Source: a phage
Length of the DNA stretch: 64,000 bases
Strand: one strand, 5' to 3'
Sequence record: PZ583739.1
Under the pieces are notes generated by a model. That model was given only the letters and a program-made list of their open reading frames with translations. It ran no database searches and was not told the DNA's origin. A program made the translations under genes and the position numbers. Positions 10,191 through 21,630 of the stretch are shown in pieces; the first letter of the stretch is position 1; each line of letters opens with the position of its first letter.

Positions 10191-10424
10191 TTAGTAGCGG
10201 TTATAACCCCGGGGACCAAAAGAGTTGGCACCCAGGCGCTCATCTTTCTTTTTGGCTCTTGCTCTAAACCCGGAATCACCTGTTTGAGCTTTCAGTTCTT
10301 TTAACAATTTGGCCTTTAGGTCAGTAATGAAACCAATCCGGCGGTCTCCCTTATAGACATAGATTCCATCATTTCTGTCACCATATGCCTTTGTAACTCT
10401 GTCATTTGTAATTAAGTTTAACAT
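10191..10424 (-). CDS. small protein paralogous to the N-terminal module of the downstream alc-like gene
   Basis: 77 aa from ATG 10424; shares YGDRxDGIYVYKGxxxIGxxTDLxxKL with the 9674-10177 product. Confidence 0.4.
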   Translation of the reverse strand: MLNLITNDRVTKAYGDRNDGIYVYKGDRRIGFITDLKAKLLKELKAQTGDSGFRARAKKKDERLGANSFGPRGYNRY

Positions 10425-10454
10425 GTTTTGGTCCTCATCAGTAGTTGATGGAAC

Positions 10455-10488
10455 CATTATGTATAGAAAGAAGGGGCTTGTACACCCC
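10455..10488 (-). promoter_or_regulatory. composite terminator hairpin / early promoter
   Basis: hairpin GGGG-cttgtaca-CCCC (10473-10488) follows rnlA; its loop carries the GTGTACAA -35-like motif, CATAAT at 10456-10461 rc. Confidence 0.4.
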
Positions 10489-10494
10489 TTTTTA

Positions 10495-11631
10495 TTATTC
10501 AGGAAGGATTACTTCCGCCTGGTAGTCTAACGGAATGTAAAGTTTATGATTTTTAAGGAAAACTTTATTGATTTGAGCAATCGTTTGTTCAGTTTCCTGT
10601 GGGCGTTGATAGGTGTTCATTAATACGGAGAACAATCCCGGATATGGTTTACATAACTCTTGACCTTTAATCGCAAACTCGCGACGGTCTTTTCCTGCTA
10701 ACTGTTTTTGTGCATCAAGCAACAGTCCAAGAGTGTTGGACAGATAATCCAGATGTGTTGCAGTAAAGGCAGTAACTTTTTCACGAGCATAAGTATCGCC
10801 AGTAAACATGGCAATAACATCATCCGCGCCGCCAGCAACAACAACTTCAAACAGTCGCTCATTATTATTAATGGAGTCTTTAGTATGATGCAGAGCACAA
10901 TACCATTCTGTTTTCATCTTGAACTTCTGACCGTTAGCCATCTCATAGACGAAGCCTTCAATCTCTTTCATACCGCGAACATTCTCAATGGTTGCCGGGT
11001 CATATGCTTCAACCAGGAAAGGACGAAGCGCTGCATCTTTGAACAGCTCCTGATAAGGAATATATTCACCAGTTTCATTATGACGAACGTTCAGTAAAAT
11101 CAGGTCACGTTCCTGGTAAGGCAAAACAATGCGGTTGGTCGGTGCAACATATTCCATGTTGCATGTATAACCAGCTTCAGTGATTTCAGTCACACGAGCC
11201 CTGAATGCACTGCGATGTTCTTGTTTAAACACCTGCAAGGATTCAGCTGCTTGGGAGCTTTTGATTGACCCTTTGGATTTAAAGGCGATATTGGTCTGGT
11301 CCATATAAGTGGAAACCAAACTACCATCAGCTTTTGCAGTAACCAGGACAACTTCATCAAGGTTAAGGTCCATGGTCATTGGATTCTCACCCAGATTAAA
11401 GAATTTTTCCATAGGACGAGCAGCAATGCGAACTGGACCATTGTCATCCATTTCAAACATAATGCCACGGCACTCCAGCGCATCATCAAGGAGCCAATCA
11501 CTATAGGAAGCATAGTTATAGCTAAAGATGCGGAACTTAGTTTCAAATGGAGAAACAAAATCCGTATAGAAAAACTTACCTTTATCAGATTCGGCGCAAA
11601 GCTTCATTAAGTTATCATATAATTCAATCAT
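10495..11631 (-). CDS. rnlA: RNA ligase 1
   Basis: 378 aa; ...FFYTDFVSPF...FRIFSYNYASYSDWLLDDALECRGIMFEMDDNGPVRIAARPMEKFFNL... matches T4 gp63 as remembered. Confidence 0.9.
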   Translation of the reverse strand: MIELYDNLMKLCAESDKGKFFYTDFVSPFETKFRIFSYNYASYSDWLLDDALECRGIMFEMDDNGPVRIAARPMEKFFNLGENPMTMDLNLDEVVLVTAKADGSLVSTYMDQTNIAFKSKGSIKSSQAAESLQVFKQEHRSAFRARVTEITEAGYTCNMEYVAPTNRIVLPYQERDLILLNVRHNETGEYIPYQELFKDAALRPFLVEAYDPATIENVRGMKEIEGFVYEMANGQKFKMKTEWYCALHHTKDSINNNERLFEVVVAGGADDVIAMFTGDTYAREKVTAFTATHLDYLSNTLGLLLDAQKQLAGKDRREFAIKGQELCKPYPGLFSVLMNTYQRPQETEQTIAQINKVFLKNHKLYIPLDYQAEVILPE

Positions 11632-12038
11632 TTCTTCACCTTATGTTGGTAATTCCACGGGGGATTAAAAAGCTTGATGAACATCGGCTCTTCCAGTGAC
11701 ATAGTTTCGACTGACATTGTGCCAAGTTCATTGGTCATTGACAGATTGAAACACTGTCGAGCATAGAATACCACCTTTTTACCTTCTTGTAAAGCTTCGT
11801 GTATCATCCGGGATTTGTTTGAATCGCTCGTCTGGTCGATTCGGTTAATTGCAGTCCGGTAATAGTTGATACGCTTCTTAAGGTTGTTCGTCTTACCAAT
11901 ATACACTAGTTCATCATCAACTGAAATAGCATAGATAACATTTTTCTTGTTCGCGAGAGTAAGGGTAGGGATTGTACCATTGACTAACTCCAACTCCGCG
12001 TATTTTATAAAACTATATTCGTCAGCGATTTGTTTCAT
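11628..12038 (-). CDS. denA: endonuclease II (GIY-YIG family)
   Basis: 136 aa from ATG 12038: MKQIADEYSFIKYAELEL...VIYAISVDDELVYIGKTNNLKKRINYYR; matches T4 DenA as remembered. Confidence 0.85.
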   Translation of the reverse strand: MKQIADEYSFIKYAELELVNGTIPTLTLANKKNVIYAISVDDELVYIGKTNNLKKRINYYRTAINRIDQTSDSNKSRMIHEALQEGKKVVFYARQCFNLSMTNELGTMSVETMSLEEPMFIKLFNPPWNYQHKVKK

Positions 12039-12042
12039 AGAC

Positions 12043-12059
12043 AAAAAGGGCCGGAGCCC
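12043..12059 (-). terminator. hairpin terminator after nrdB
   Basis: GGGC-cgga-GCCC with U-run on the minus-strand transcript. Confidence 0.45.
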
Positions 12060-12064
12060 TTTCC

Positions 12065-13243
12065 TTATAGATATTTACGGAAACCAGCAAGAACGTTCTC
12101 ATCGACGTCATTGTCAATCTGGGCTACCAGGTAAGCAGACAACTCAACTTCTTGTGGTGCTGATTGCACATTATCAGAGTTCAGATATTCGCGAATCCAT
12201 GGAATCGGGTGCTTAGTAGATTCTAACACGATTTCACACGGGAGACCGCATTGCTTCATACGAGAAACTGTAAGGTAATCGATGAACCGGTTAAGAATCT
12301 CGACGCTCAGACCAGGGAGTCCACCATCTTTAAACAGATGCACGGCCCATTCTTTTTCCTGGCGATTAACTTCCATGAAAATGGAAGCGGCTTCTGCTTC
12401 ACATTCGTGCGCGATTTTAACCCATTCGTCACCGTCAACACCAGTCTGCAGCTGACGAAGAATATATTGGGTCCCCTTAAGGTGGAGCTGTTCATCACGG
12501 GCGATGAACTTCATTATCTTCGCATTGCCTTCCATGATTTCCATGTTCTTATGGAAGTTGAAAGTACATGCGAAAGATACATAAAAACGAATAGCTTCCA
12601 GGGCGTTAATAACATGCAGGCAGAGATAAAGAGACTTCATCAATGCTCGTTTGGCGATAGCTTCTTGTTTGATAGCTCGTTCCAAACGTTCGTCCGCTTC
12701 GGGAGTTTCTTTGGCCAGTTCAACAAAAGCAATCTGATTTTGCCATTGACGAGTTTTATTCAGAACATCATCATAGTAATGACCAATGGATTCTGCGCGC
12801 TTCATGATTGCATCATCTAACAGGATTTCGTCGAATACCTTCGCCGGGTCCGTATAGAGATTTCGCATGATGTGCGTATAAGAACGAGAGTGAATTGTCT
12901 CGCTGAATGTCCAGGTCTGAATCCATGTATCAAGACTTGGGTCAGAAACTAATGCGGCTAATGCTGCAGCTGGAGCGCGACCCTGAATACTATCCAGAAG
13001 TGATTGGTATTTCAGGTTGTTGGTAAAAAGTTTTTGTTGATGGTCAGGAAGCTTATTAAATTGAGCTCCGTCCATCATCAGGTTTACTTCCTCTGGACGC
13101 CAGAAGAATGATAATTGCTTTTCTGTTAATTCTTCGAAAACTTTATGGCGCTGGATATCATAACGGGCGATGCCCAATCCTGAGCCAAAAAACATAGGCT
13201 CGGCTAAAACATCCACTGGAGTGGTATTAAAAACTGTACTCAT
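12065..13243 (-). CDS. nrdB: ribonucleotide reductase small subunit (uninterrupted)
   Basis: 392-aa continuous ORF with ferritin-like R2 sequence; adjacent to nrdA. Confidence 0.9.
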   Translation of the reverse strand: MSTVFNTTPVDVLAEPMFFGSGLGIARYDIQRHKVFEELTEKQLSFFWRPEEVNLMMDGAQFNKLPDHQQKLFTNNLKYQSLLDSIQGRAPAAALAALVSDPSLDTWIQTWTFSETIHSRSYTHIMRNLYTDPAKVFDEILLDDAIMKRAESIGHYYDDVLNKTRQWQNQIAFVELAKETPEADERLERAIKQEAIAKRALMKSLYLCLHVINALEAIRFYVSFACTFNFHKNMEIMEGNAKIMKFIARDEQLHLKGTQYILRQLQTGVDGDEWVKIAHECEAEAASIFMEVNRQEKEWAVHLFKDGGLPGLSVEILNRFIDYLTVSRMKQCGLPCEIVLESTKHPIPWIREYLNSDNVQSAPQEVELSAYLVAQIDNDVDENVLAGFRKYL

Positions 13244-13281
13244 TTTATTTCCTCAATAGCTCATCCATGAGCATAATTATA

Positions 13282-15537
13282 TCAAAGTTTACAGGCGGAG
13301 CAGTCTTCTGCTTTAGGAGCTTCGATTTCGTAATCGTCTGTTCCGGAACCATCTCTAGTGTTATGATAATAAAGGTTTTTCCCACCAAAATACCAGAAGT
13401 ACATCAAGTCGTCAAGCATAACTGACATCGGAACTTTTCCTTTCGGATAATTCTGCGGGTCATAATACGTATTTGCCGATGCTGACTGACAAATCCATTT
13501 CAACATAATCGCGACTTGGGTCAGATAAGGTTTGTTACCCTGCTTAGCCAGTACCCATGCGTAATCGTACAATCCTTTATTGTGTTCGATATTCGGAACA
13601 ACCTGGTTAAAGGAACCTTCTTTACTTTCCTTGATACTTACTGGACCGCGCGGAGGTTCGATACCGTTTGTACTGTTGGAAACTTGGGAAGATGACTCAC
13701 AAGGCATAAGTGCTGATAATGTGCTATTACGGATGCCATGTTCAACCAGGTCTTCCCGCAACTGCGCCCAGTCACAAACGTAGTTTGGAGCTGCGATTTG
13801 GTCAATCTTTTTATTGTACCAGTCGATAGGTAATTCGCCTCGAGCCCAACGAGTGTCTGAATAATATTCGCAAGGTCCTTTTTCTTTGGCGAGCTTGATT
13901 GATGCTCGGATAAGGCCATATTGTAATCTCTCGAACAGTTCATGCGTTAAATCGTTTGCATCAGCGTAGGAAGCGAAATTGCTTGCCAACCATGCAGCAT
14001 AGTTAGTAACCCCAACACCCAGGTTGCGGCGTTTTTTGGCTTTCAGAGCTTCTTTAACCGGATAACCCTGGTAGTCCAACAGGTTATCAAGAGCACGAAC
14101 CTGAACTTCAGCCAGCTCGTTAATCTTATCTTGGTCCTGCCAGTCAAAACTATCCAAAACAAATGCAGACAATGTGCACAATCCGATTTCAGCATCTTCG
14201 CTGTTCACATCAGTAGTCGGGATTGCAATTTCGCAGCAAAGGTTTGATTGACGAATCGGAGCCTTGTCGCGGATGAACGGAGTGTAGTCATTCACGTTAT
14301 CGACGAACTGTGGATAAACCCTGGCCGTACCGGAACGTTCGGTCATGAATAATTCAAATACATCTTTTGCTTTGATGCGCTTCTTACGAACCGTCGGGTC
14401 TTTTTCTAAGGCTTCATATAACTCGCGGAATTTATCCGGGTTATCAAAATATGAATAATACAATTCACCGCCAGCTTCGTGTGGACTAAACAGAGTGATG
14501 TAATCATTCTTAGCCAGTCGTTCCATCATCAGGTTATTCAGCTGGACGCCATAGTCCATATGTCTGATGCGGTTTTCTTCAACGCCCTTGTTGTTCTTCA
14601 GAACGAGTAAATTTTCAACTTCCAAATGCCAAATAGGATAATAAGCAGTAGCAGCGCCGCCACGGATTCCACCTTGTGAACATGATTTAACAGCCGTTTG
14701 GAAATGTTTCCAGAACGGAATAACACCAGTATGCTTGACTTCGCCCATACCGATTTTCGAACCTTCAGCACGAATCATGCCAACGTTGATACCGATACCC
14801 GCACGCTTACTGATATATTCGATGATTGAATTAGCAGTCTTATTAATTGACTTCAGGGAGTCAGCCGCTTCGATAACCACACAGGAACTGAACTGCCTGG
14901 TAGGTGTTCTGGCGCCCGCCATGATAGGTGTGGGCAACGAAACCTGTCGGGTGGATACTGCATCATAAAAACGGCAAACGTGCTTCAGGCGGTCCGTTGG
15001 TTCATCCTGGTGCAGTGCCATGCCGATAGCCATGATAGCGAATTGTGGAGTCTCGTAGATTTTACCAGTGGTTTTATCTTTAACCAGGTATTTCTCTTTA
15101 AGTTGCATCGCGCCTGCATAAGTCAGGTCAAAATCACGTTCATGCTTGATACGAGATTCCAGGTAAGTAATCTCTTCGGCGGAGTAGCTTGACAACAGCT
15201 CCGGGTCGTATTTACCTTCATTAACACAATAAGAAATCTGGTCAATAAAAGAACGCGGCTCAAATTGTCCATAAACATCTTTACGCAGAGCAAACATCGT
15301 AGCTTTGGCTGCAACATATTGGTAATCTGGTTCTTCAACCGAGATAAGCCCAGCAGACACTTTGATGATAACCGTCTGAATATCGCGAGTAGTCATACCA
15401 TCGCGCAGATGTGGTTTGATTGTTTCATATAATTCGTATGGGTCGATATTGGTTCCTTCACATGACCAAGAAAGAACTTTAATAATTTTCTGGCCATCAA
15501 AATCTTGGGATACACCACTACTTTTTTGTACTTGCAT
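13282..15537 (-). CDS. nrdA: ribonucleotide reductase large subunit
   Basis: 751 aa; ATP-cone N-terminus, NLCCEI active-site region, C-terminal CSACKL; matches T4 NrdA as remembered. Confidence 0.92.
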   Translation of the reverse strand: MQVQKSSGVSQDFDGQKIIKVLSWSCEGTNIDPYELYETIKPHLRDGMTTRDIQTVIIKVSAGLISVEEPDYQYVAAKATMFALRKDVYGQFEPRSFIDQISYCVNEGKYDPELLSSYSAEEITYLESRIKHERDFDLTYAGAMQLKEKYLVKDKTTGKIYETPQFAIMAIGMALHQDEPTDRLKHVCRFYDAVSTRQVSLPTPIMAGARTPTRQFSSCVVIEAADSLKSINKTANSIIEYISKRAGIGINVGMIRAEGSKIGMGEVKHTGVIPFWKHFQTAVKSCSQGGIRGGAATAYYPIWHLEVENLLVLKNNKGVEENRIRHMDYGVQLNNLMMERLAKNDYITLFSPHEAGGELYYSYFDNPDKFRELYEALEKDPTVRKKRIKAKDVFELFMTERSGTARVYPQFVDNVNDYTPFIRDKAPIRQSNLCCEIAIPTTDVNSEDAEIGLCTLSAFVLDSFDWQDQDKINELAEVQVRALDNLLDYQGYPVKEALKAKKRRNLGVGVTNYAAWLASNFASYADANDLTHELFERLQYGLIRASIKLAKEKGPCEYYSDTRWARGELPIDWYNKKIDQIAAPNYVCDWAQLREDLVEHGIRNSTLSALMPCESSSQVSNSTNGIEPPRGPVSIKESKEGSFNQVVPNIEHNKGLYDYAWVLAKQGNKPYLTQVAIMLKWICQSASANTYYDPQNYPKGKVPMSVMLDDLMYFWYFGGKNLYYHNTRDGSGTDDYEIEAPKAEDCSACKL

Positions 15538-15570
15538 GTTTTCCTCTATAGTTCAAAAGGGTTGGGAACC

Positions 15571-15816
15571 TTAAATTGTCTCTGGTAGTTCCGAAGTCAT
15601 TTCATCATTATATTCTTCTTCTGACTGGACAGTGATGTCAAAATATGACTGGACATCACCGGCTGAATCATGACAGTAGACACGTTCATGTCGTTTGGCC
15701 AGAAATTTGATTCCGTCAATAGTGATATAAGAATTTGGCGCAGGTAAATCCTGTTCGGTAAATTGTGGCATTTCAAAAATGACTTCGCCTGACTGGCGTT
15801 TAAATCGTAAATTCAT
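15571..15816 (-). CDS. hypothetical protein
   Basis: 81-aa acidic ORF between nrdA and td. Confidence 0.45.
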   Translation of the reverse strand: MNLRFKRQSGEVIFEMPQFTEQDLPAPNSYITIDGIKFLAKRHERVYCHDSAGDVQSYFDITVQSEEEYNDEMTSELPETI

Positions 15817-15875
15817 AATTTCCTCTCATTAAATTTTAAATAATTATATCACAGTGCCCTGAAGCGGAATCGTAT

Positions 15876-16175
15876 TTATGTACCCAAATCCTCGAGCGAA
15901 AAGGTGTCTTTGAAAAGTTTGTTAACGACCAGAGCGATAACGTCGCCATGACATGACTTCGGTTTGCATGTGCAGGCTAATCGCATTCCACGAAGGGTTT
16001 CAAGGTGTTCTCTTTTGATTTCACCCGATTTAATCTTTGCTATGAAATATTCTTTAAAGTTCTTTATGTTTTCTTCTCGGGTACCATCTTTATATGGGTT
16101 TCCCCACATGGTACCCCGTTGAATATTCACATCAAAGTCGGATTGATATTTGTTAACAACCCGACAGGCTTTCAT
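15876..16175 (-). CDS. hypothetical protein with conserved Cys/His pattern
   Basis: 99 aa; WGNPY...LACTCKPKSCHGDV; family not assigned. Confidence 0.45.
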   Translation of the reverse strand: MKACRVVNKYQSDFDVNIQRGTMWGNPYKDGTREENIKNFKEYFIAKIKSGEIKREHLETLRGMRLACTCKPKSCHGDVIALVVNKLFKDTFSLEDLGT

Positions 16176-16236
16176 AATAGGAAGTTAAGCCCGACCATTA
16201 CGGCCAGAAATAAAATACCGACAATTTGAATTTTCA

Positions 16237-16433
16237 TTAGACCTCGACAATAAACCAGATAGACCGATTGAAATCATCATATTCATACGATTTAATTACA
16301 CGCATAACATAAAGTTCTTTACCCTGGACAAAAATCGTTGTTTTCTCTTTAGGCAGTTCATCGAGACTTATGTTCATTTTTTCAAACAGCACCTCATTGG
16401 CGCCGTATCTATTGTTTACTATACGAATATTCA

Positions 16434-16434
<1 letters not shown>
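16237..16434 (-). CDS. hypothetical protein
   Basis: 65-aa ORF, stop overlaps td start. Confidence 0.4.
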
Positions 16435-18210
<1,776 letters not shown>

Positions 18211-18220
18211 TATATTTTCC

Positions 18221-18460
18221 TCACGCTTTCTTAGCGACTTTCCAGTCAGCTTTAAATTGGTCAACATCAGAGTGGTGAATCCAGAAACCAGATGAGCTAC
18301 CATCTTCATAAAGAGGACAACCATCACACTCATCTTTCCAACCCATCGCACATAAAGTTTCTTCAGCTTTTTCCAGGGCTTCTGGATTGTTACCCTGGAT
18401 TGTAAAGTACCATTTGCCTTTAACTTCTGAATCTTTGATGCTCTCACGTTGTAATTTCAT
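18221..18460 (-). CDS. hypothetical protein
   Basis: 79-aa ORF; its TGA stop lies inside the SD of the downstream gene. Confidence 0.45.
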   Translation of the reverse strand: MKLQRESIKDSEVKGKWYFTIQGNNPEALEKAEETLCAMGWKDECDGCPLYEDGSSSGFWIHHSDVDQFKADWKVAKKA

Positions 18461-18498
18461 TTTATTCTCCAGTGTTTTAGTTGTTAACTCAGTATGGG

Positions 18499-18531
18499 AC
18501 CATTATGTCATAGCCCCATTTGGTTGTACAC
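18499..18531 (-). promoter_or_regulatory. early promoter with conserved leader
   Basis: minus strand AAAAAGTAGTGTACAA ... CATAAT, then conserved leader ...CATACTGAGTTAAC... Confidence 0.5.
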
Positions 18532-18537
18532 TACTTT

Positions 18538-18804
18538 TTAAATTTTATCAAGCCATTTGCCAAGTTTAATCATTTCCTTGGTGGCTTTTTCCATACTTCT
18601 GAACTTAACTAATAAAGGATGAGTATCAACCCCCATAACAAGATTGGTTGCAAGACTGTGTTCACCAACAAGCCATAATGAGTATGTTTGAACATCCAGA
18701 CCATAATTTCTGTCTTTATGAACTCGTACACCCATTACTTCAAATTGATCGCTTGCTTTTTCTACTGCATCCAGGAAATCATCTTTAGTCATGTTAGACC
18801 CCAA
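18538..18804 (-). CDS. hypothetical protein
   Basis: 88-aa ORF. Confidence 0.4.
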   Translation of the reverse strand: MGSNMTKDDFLDAVEKASDQFEVMGVRVHKDRNYGLDVQTYSLWLVGEHSLATNLVMGVDTHPLLVKFRSMEKATKEMIKLGKWLDKI

Positions 18805-19168
18805 AAGTTGCTTTAATCAGCGCAATGACTTCTGCGGCATTTTTGTGATTGACTTGCACATGAATGGTTTGGGTATCAACATCAGGAGCATCGCCATCAA
18901 CTTCCAGGAAGTGACGGAATTCCCATTCAGCGAGTTCAAAGTACTCATCAGGCCCACCCATACTATTCAGGATAGTGCCATCTTTCATTTCAACTTTTTC
19001 AACAAAATAATCACCTTCAATATAACTCATATCCAGGACTTTGAAGGAATTGCCGTGTTGTTCCATCAACTTGACCATGCATGAATTATAATTATCATCA
19101 GCAATGGCAGAAGTGATGAATTGTTTTTTAGCAGCAGGGTCCAATACGTAAAATTTACCGGTTTCCAT
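18794..19168 (-). CDS. hypothetical protein
   Basis: 124-aa ORF. Confidence 0.45.
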   Translation of the reverse strand: METGKFYVLDPAAKKQFITSAIADDNYNSCMVKLMEQHGNSFKVLDMSYIEGDYFVEKVEMKDGTILNSMGGPDEYFELAEWEFRHFLEVDGDAPDVDTQTIHVQVNHKNAAEVIALIKATFGV

Positions 19169-19226
19169 TTTAATTTCCTCATTTTTGTTGAGGGAACATG
19201 ATAATATGTTCCCATTGGTTTGTATA

Positions 19227-19454
19227 CTACGCTTGAATTAAGCCCATATAAAATTCAGCGTCTTCAGCATGCATACCGTCACAATACTCATCAGCCATAA
19301 AGCGAGTAAGGTCTTCAAGAGGACCTTGAACTTCAATTTGAATACTAAAGAATTGCGTATCTTTAATGTAAGTCATACTCAAAGAAGGATAGCGATTACG
19401 GATAACTTCGTAAGTGTATTCAAAATCAACGATATCAATATTAACCTTAGCCAT
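19227..19454 (-). CDS. hypothetical protein
   Basis: 75-aa ORF. Confidence 0.45.
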   Translation of the reverse strand: MAKVNIDIVDFEYTYEVIRNRYPSLSMTYIKDTQFFSIQIEVQGPLEDLTRFMADEYCDGMHAEDAEFYMGLIQA

Positions 19455-19478
19455 TTTATTTTCCTCATGTAGTTGATA

Positions 19479-19514
19479 GGTCTATAATAACATAATCATA
19501 GACCCGTTGTAAAC
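19479..19514 (-). promoter_or_regulatory. early promoter with stem-loop (PeSL-like)
   Basis: minus strand GTTTAC (19509-19514 rc) -17nt- TTATTA; inverted repeat GGTCTA (19479-19484) / TAGACC (19499-19504). Confidence 0.45.
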
Positions 19515-19516
19515 TG

Positions 19517-19879
19517 CTATTTGAAAGCTTTTTGTAGAAGTTCAATGATTTGGTCGACGTTATTAGCATCTACAACACAATTAATAGAAACCGCCCCCGA
19601 AGGTGTTTTCGTATAATTGGAGTATTCACGGAAGCAATAAAACTCTTCTTCACTAAGTTCAAAATAATCATCACCCATGCCATCATCATTATAGATTGCA
19701 CCATTAGCACAAATGATTTCGGTTACATAATCATAGCCGTCTGCACTTGATATTGATTTAACTTCAAACCAACCGCCATTTTCTTGGATGATGTCGACCA
19801 TACTAGCATTCGATGAACTAATATCAATGAAAGATTTAATACGATGTGGATTGAACTCATATTTTTTGCCGATTTCCAT
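19517..19879 (-). CDS. hypothetical protein
   Basis: 120-aa acidic ORF. Confidence 0.45.
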   Translation of the reverse strand: MEIGKKYEFNPHRIKSFIDISSSNASMVDIIQENGGWFEVKSISSADGYDYVTEIICANGAIYNDDGMGDDYFELSEEEFYCFREYSNYTKTPSGAVSINCVVDANNVDQIIELLQKAFK

Positions 19880-19914
19880 TTTTATTTCCTCAGTTGTTAT
19901 CAGTAGTTGATGGA

Positions 19915-19947
19915 ATCATTATGCCTTAGCTCAAAGGACTTGTACAC
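19915..19947 (-). promoter_or_regulatory. early promoter
   Basis: minus strand AAAAAGTAGTGTACAA ... CATAAT followed by leader TCAACTACTGA. Confidence 0.5.
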
Positions 19948-19958
19948 TACTTTTTGAA

Positions 19959-19984
19959 AATAAAAAAGGGACCCGAAGGTCCCC
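19959..19984 (-). terminator. rho-independent terminator after gene 32
   Basis: GGGACC-cgaa-GGTCCC (19968-19983) with flanking A/T runs. Confidence 0.6.
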
Positions 19985-19989
19985 TTATA

Positions 19990-20901
19990 TTAAAGGCCAG
20001 CCAGAAGGTCGTCAAGACCATCATCAGAAGGCTCTGGAGTGCTTGGAGCGGTCGCAGTGCGTTCAGACTTAGCAGGTTTGCTGGAAGTGAAGTCTTCCAT
20101 ATCTTTATCAAAATCGTCCAGGTCAGCGCCCAGTTTATCGGCTTGCGCAGCAGCTTTAGAAGCAGCACCACCGAGAGCAGCTGTACCCATTACTTTAGAG
20201 AATTTCTTCTGATTCTCTTCAAGGGATTTAAATGTCAGCAATTCATTCAGGTCAGACATTTCGTCCCAAAGTTTTTTCTGGAATGCTTCATCATTGATAC
20301 CAGCGATTTCAGACTGGTTCATGAATTTGGAATCATCGTAATTTTTATAACCGGAAACCATTTTAGATTTCAGTACGAAGTTCGCACCTTCAAACGGACA
20401 AGTTACATCAATAGCTGTTTCGCCCATGTCAACATCAACTTCAACCATCTGGTTGATTTTGTCCATGATTTTCTTGCCGAAGCGATATTTGAATACTTGA
20501 CCTTCGTTAGACGGAACTGCAGGGTCTTTAATGACCAGGATGTTAGCCCAGTAAGAAGTATTACGCTTCAGTTTACGATATTCGGATTCGTTTGTATTGT
20601 ACAGGTCATTCTTATTCATGTACGCACACACAGGGCAGTTTTCATAATCACCGTGAGTAGAAGTACAGTTTTCAATATACCATTGACCAGCATTTTTAAA
20701 GCCGTGGTTAACGAGCTTGATGAATGGAGATGGATTTTCTTCATTCTTAGAAGGTAGGAAACGAATAACCGCAGAGCCGACGCCATCAGTATCTTTCAGT
20801 TTCCATTCTTTTTTATCGTCAGAAGAGAAACCAGCACCACCTTTCAGAGCGTTAAGGGAAGCAGCCAGGTCAGCAGGGTTTTTACGTTTAAACATAGACA
20901 T
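19990..20901 (-). CDS. 32: single-stranded DNA-binding protein gp32
   Basis: 303 aa; [22 protein letters not shown]... and acidic C-terminal tail match T4 gp32 as remembered. Confidence 0.92.
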   Translation of the reverse strand: MSMFKRKNPADLAASLNALKGGAGFSSDDKKEWKLKDTDGVGSAVIRFLPSKNEENPSPFIKLVNHGFKNAGQWYIENCTSTHGDYENCPVCAYMNKNDLYNTNESEYRKLKRNTSYWANILVIKDPAVPSNEGQVFKYRFGKKIMDKINQMVEVDVDMGETAIDVTCPFEGANFVLKSKMVSGYKNYDDSKFMNQSEIAGINDEAFQKKLWDEMSDLNELLTFKSLEENQKKFSKVMGTAALGGAASKAAAQADKLGADLDDFDKDMEDFTSSKPAKSERTATAPSTPEPSDDGLDDLLAGL

Positions 20902-20961
20902 ATGATTTTCCTTAGATTATTTGATTTTTAGCAGTTGTTTTGATTACGTATTAATTATACT

Positions 20962-21630
20962 TCAAAGTGATTGAAGCGTTATTTGACAGTTTTTAACGGT
21001 CTCGATGAACAATTTACGAGCTTCAAGAGAATCTATATTTAAGATTTTCTTATAGGCATTTAGTTTGGTTGAATACTTTTCCCAAACCAAGTCGTTAGTC
21101 TGTTCATCATGTTTATTTATAATACCTAAAAATGAATCAAGCAAACAAAACGTTTCAAATGAGATAACATTCGATTGGAGAAGTTTGAAAATATAACTTG
21201 TATTCACTTTAGTATTATACTCGAAAATCTCTTGGAGCGATTTGACTTCGACTTTCTTACTGAAGTAATAGATGTTCTTTATATCATCTTCGTATACTTG
21301 TCTAATTCTTTTAAGTCGGCCAATGTATTCTCTATAAAATATCAGAGCATCGGCATCACTTATATCGCCTATCCATGCATCCTGGTTTGCAACCAGGTTT
21401 GACATGAATATTAACGTTAATTCTTTAAGAGTGTACTTATCGCTAAGCTTTTCGAAAAAATACTTATCGCGACGTTTTTGATAAGCACTATCGGAGATTC
21501 GCATGGTCCAGTTATATTTGATAATATCATAACGACCCGAAAAATGCTGTTTGATGGATAAGTACAGTTGGTATACTGATTTACCATTTATATATCGGTT
21601 GTTATTTGGAGGCATGCGAATCGTAATCAT
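20962..21630 (-). CDS. 59: helicase loader gp59
   Basis: 222 aa; ...YINGKSVYQLYLSIKQHFSGRYDIIKYNWTMRISDSAYQKRRDKYFFEKL... matches T4 gp59 as remembered. Confidence 0.9.
   Translation of the reverse strand: MITIRMPPNNNRYINGKSVYQLYLSIKQHFSGRYDIIKYNWTMRISDSAYQKRRDKYFFEKLSDKYTLKELTLIFMSNLVANQDAWIGDISDADALIFYREYIGRLKRIRQVYEDDIKNIYYFSKKVEVKSLQEIFEYNTKVNTSYIFKLLQSNVISFETFCLLDSFLGIINKHDEQTNDLVWEKYSTKLNAYKKILNIDSLEARKLFIETVKNCQITLQSL

Noticed and set aside
12251-12820. 189-aa plus-strand ORF
   Set aside because: Antisense to nrdB; no independent support.
16176-16236. 21-codon hydrophobic mini-ORF (MKIQIVGILFLAVMVGLNFLL) between two small genes
   Set aside because: Too short to support from sequence alone, though its stop overlaps the next ATG; left unannotated.
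19954-20757. 267-aa plus-strand ORF
   Set aside because: Lies entirely antisense to gene 32, which is recognisable on the minus strand; no SD; taken as an antisense shadow ORF.
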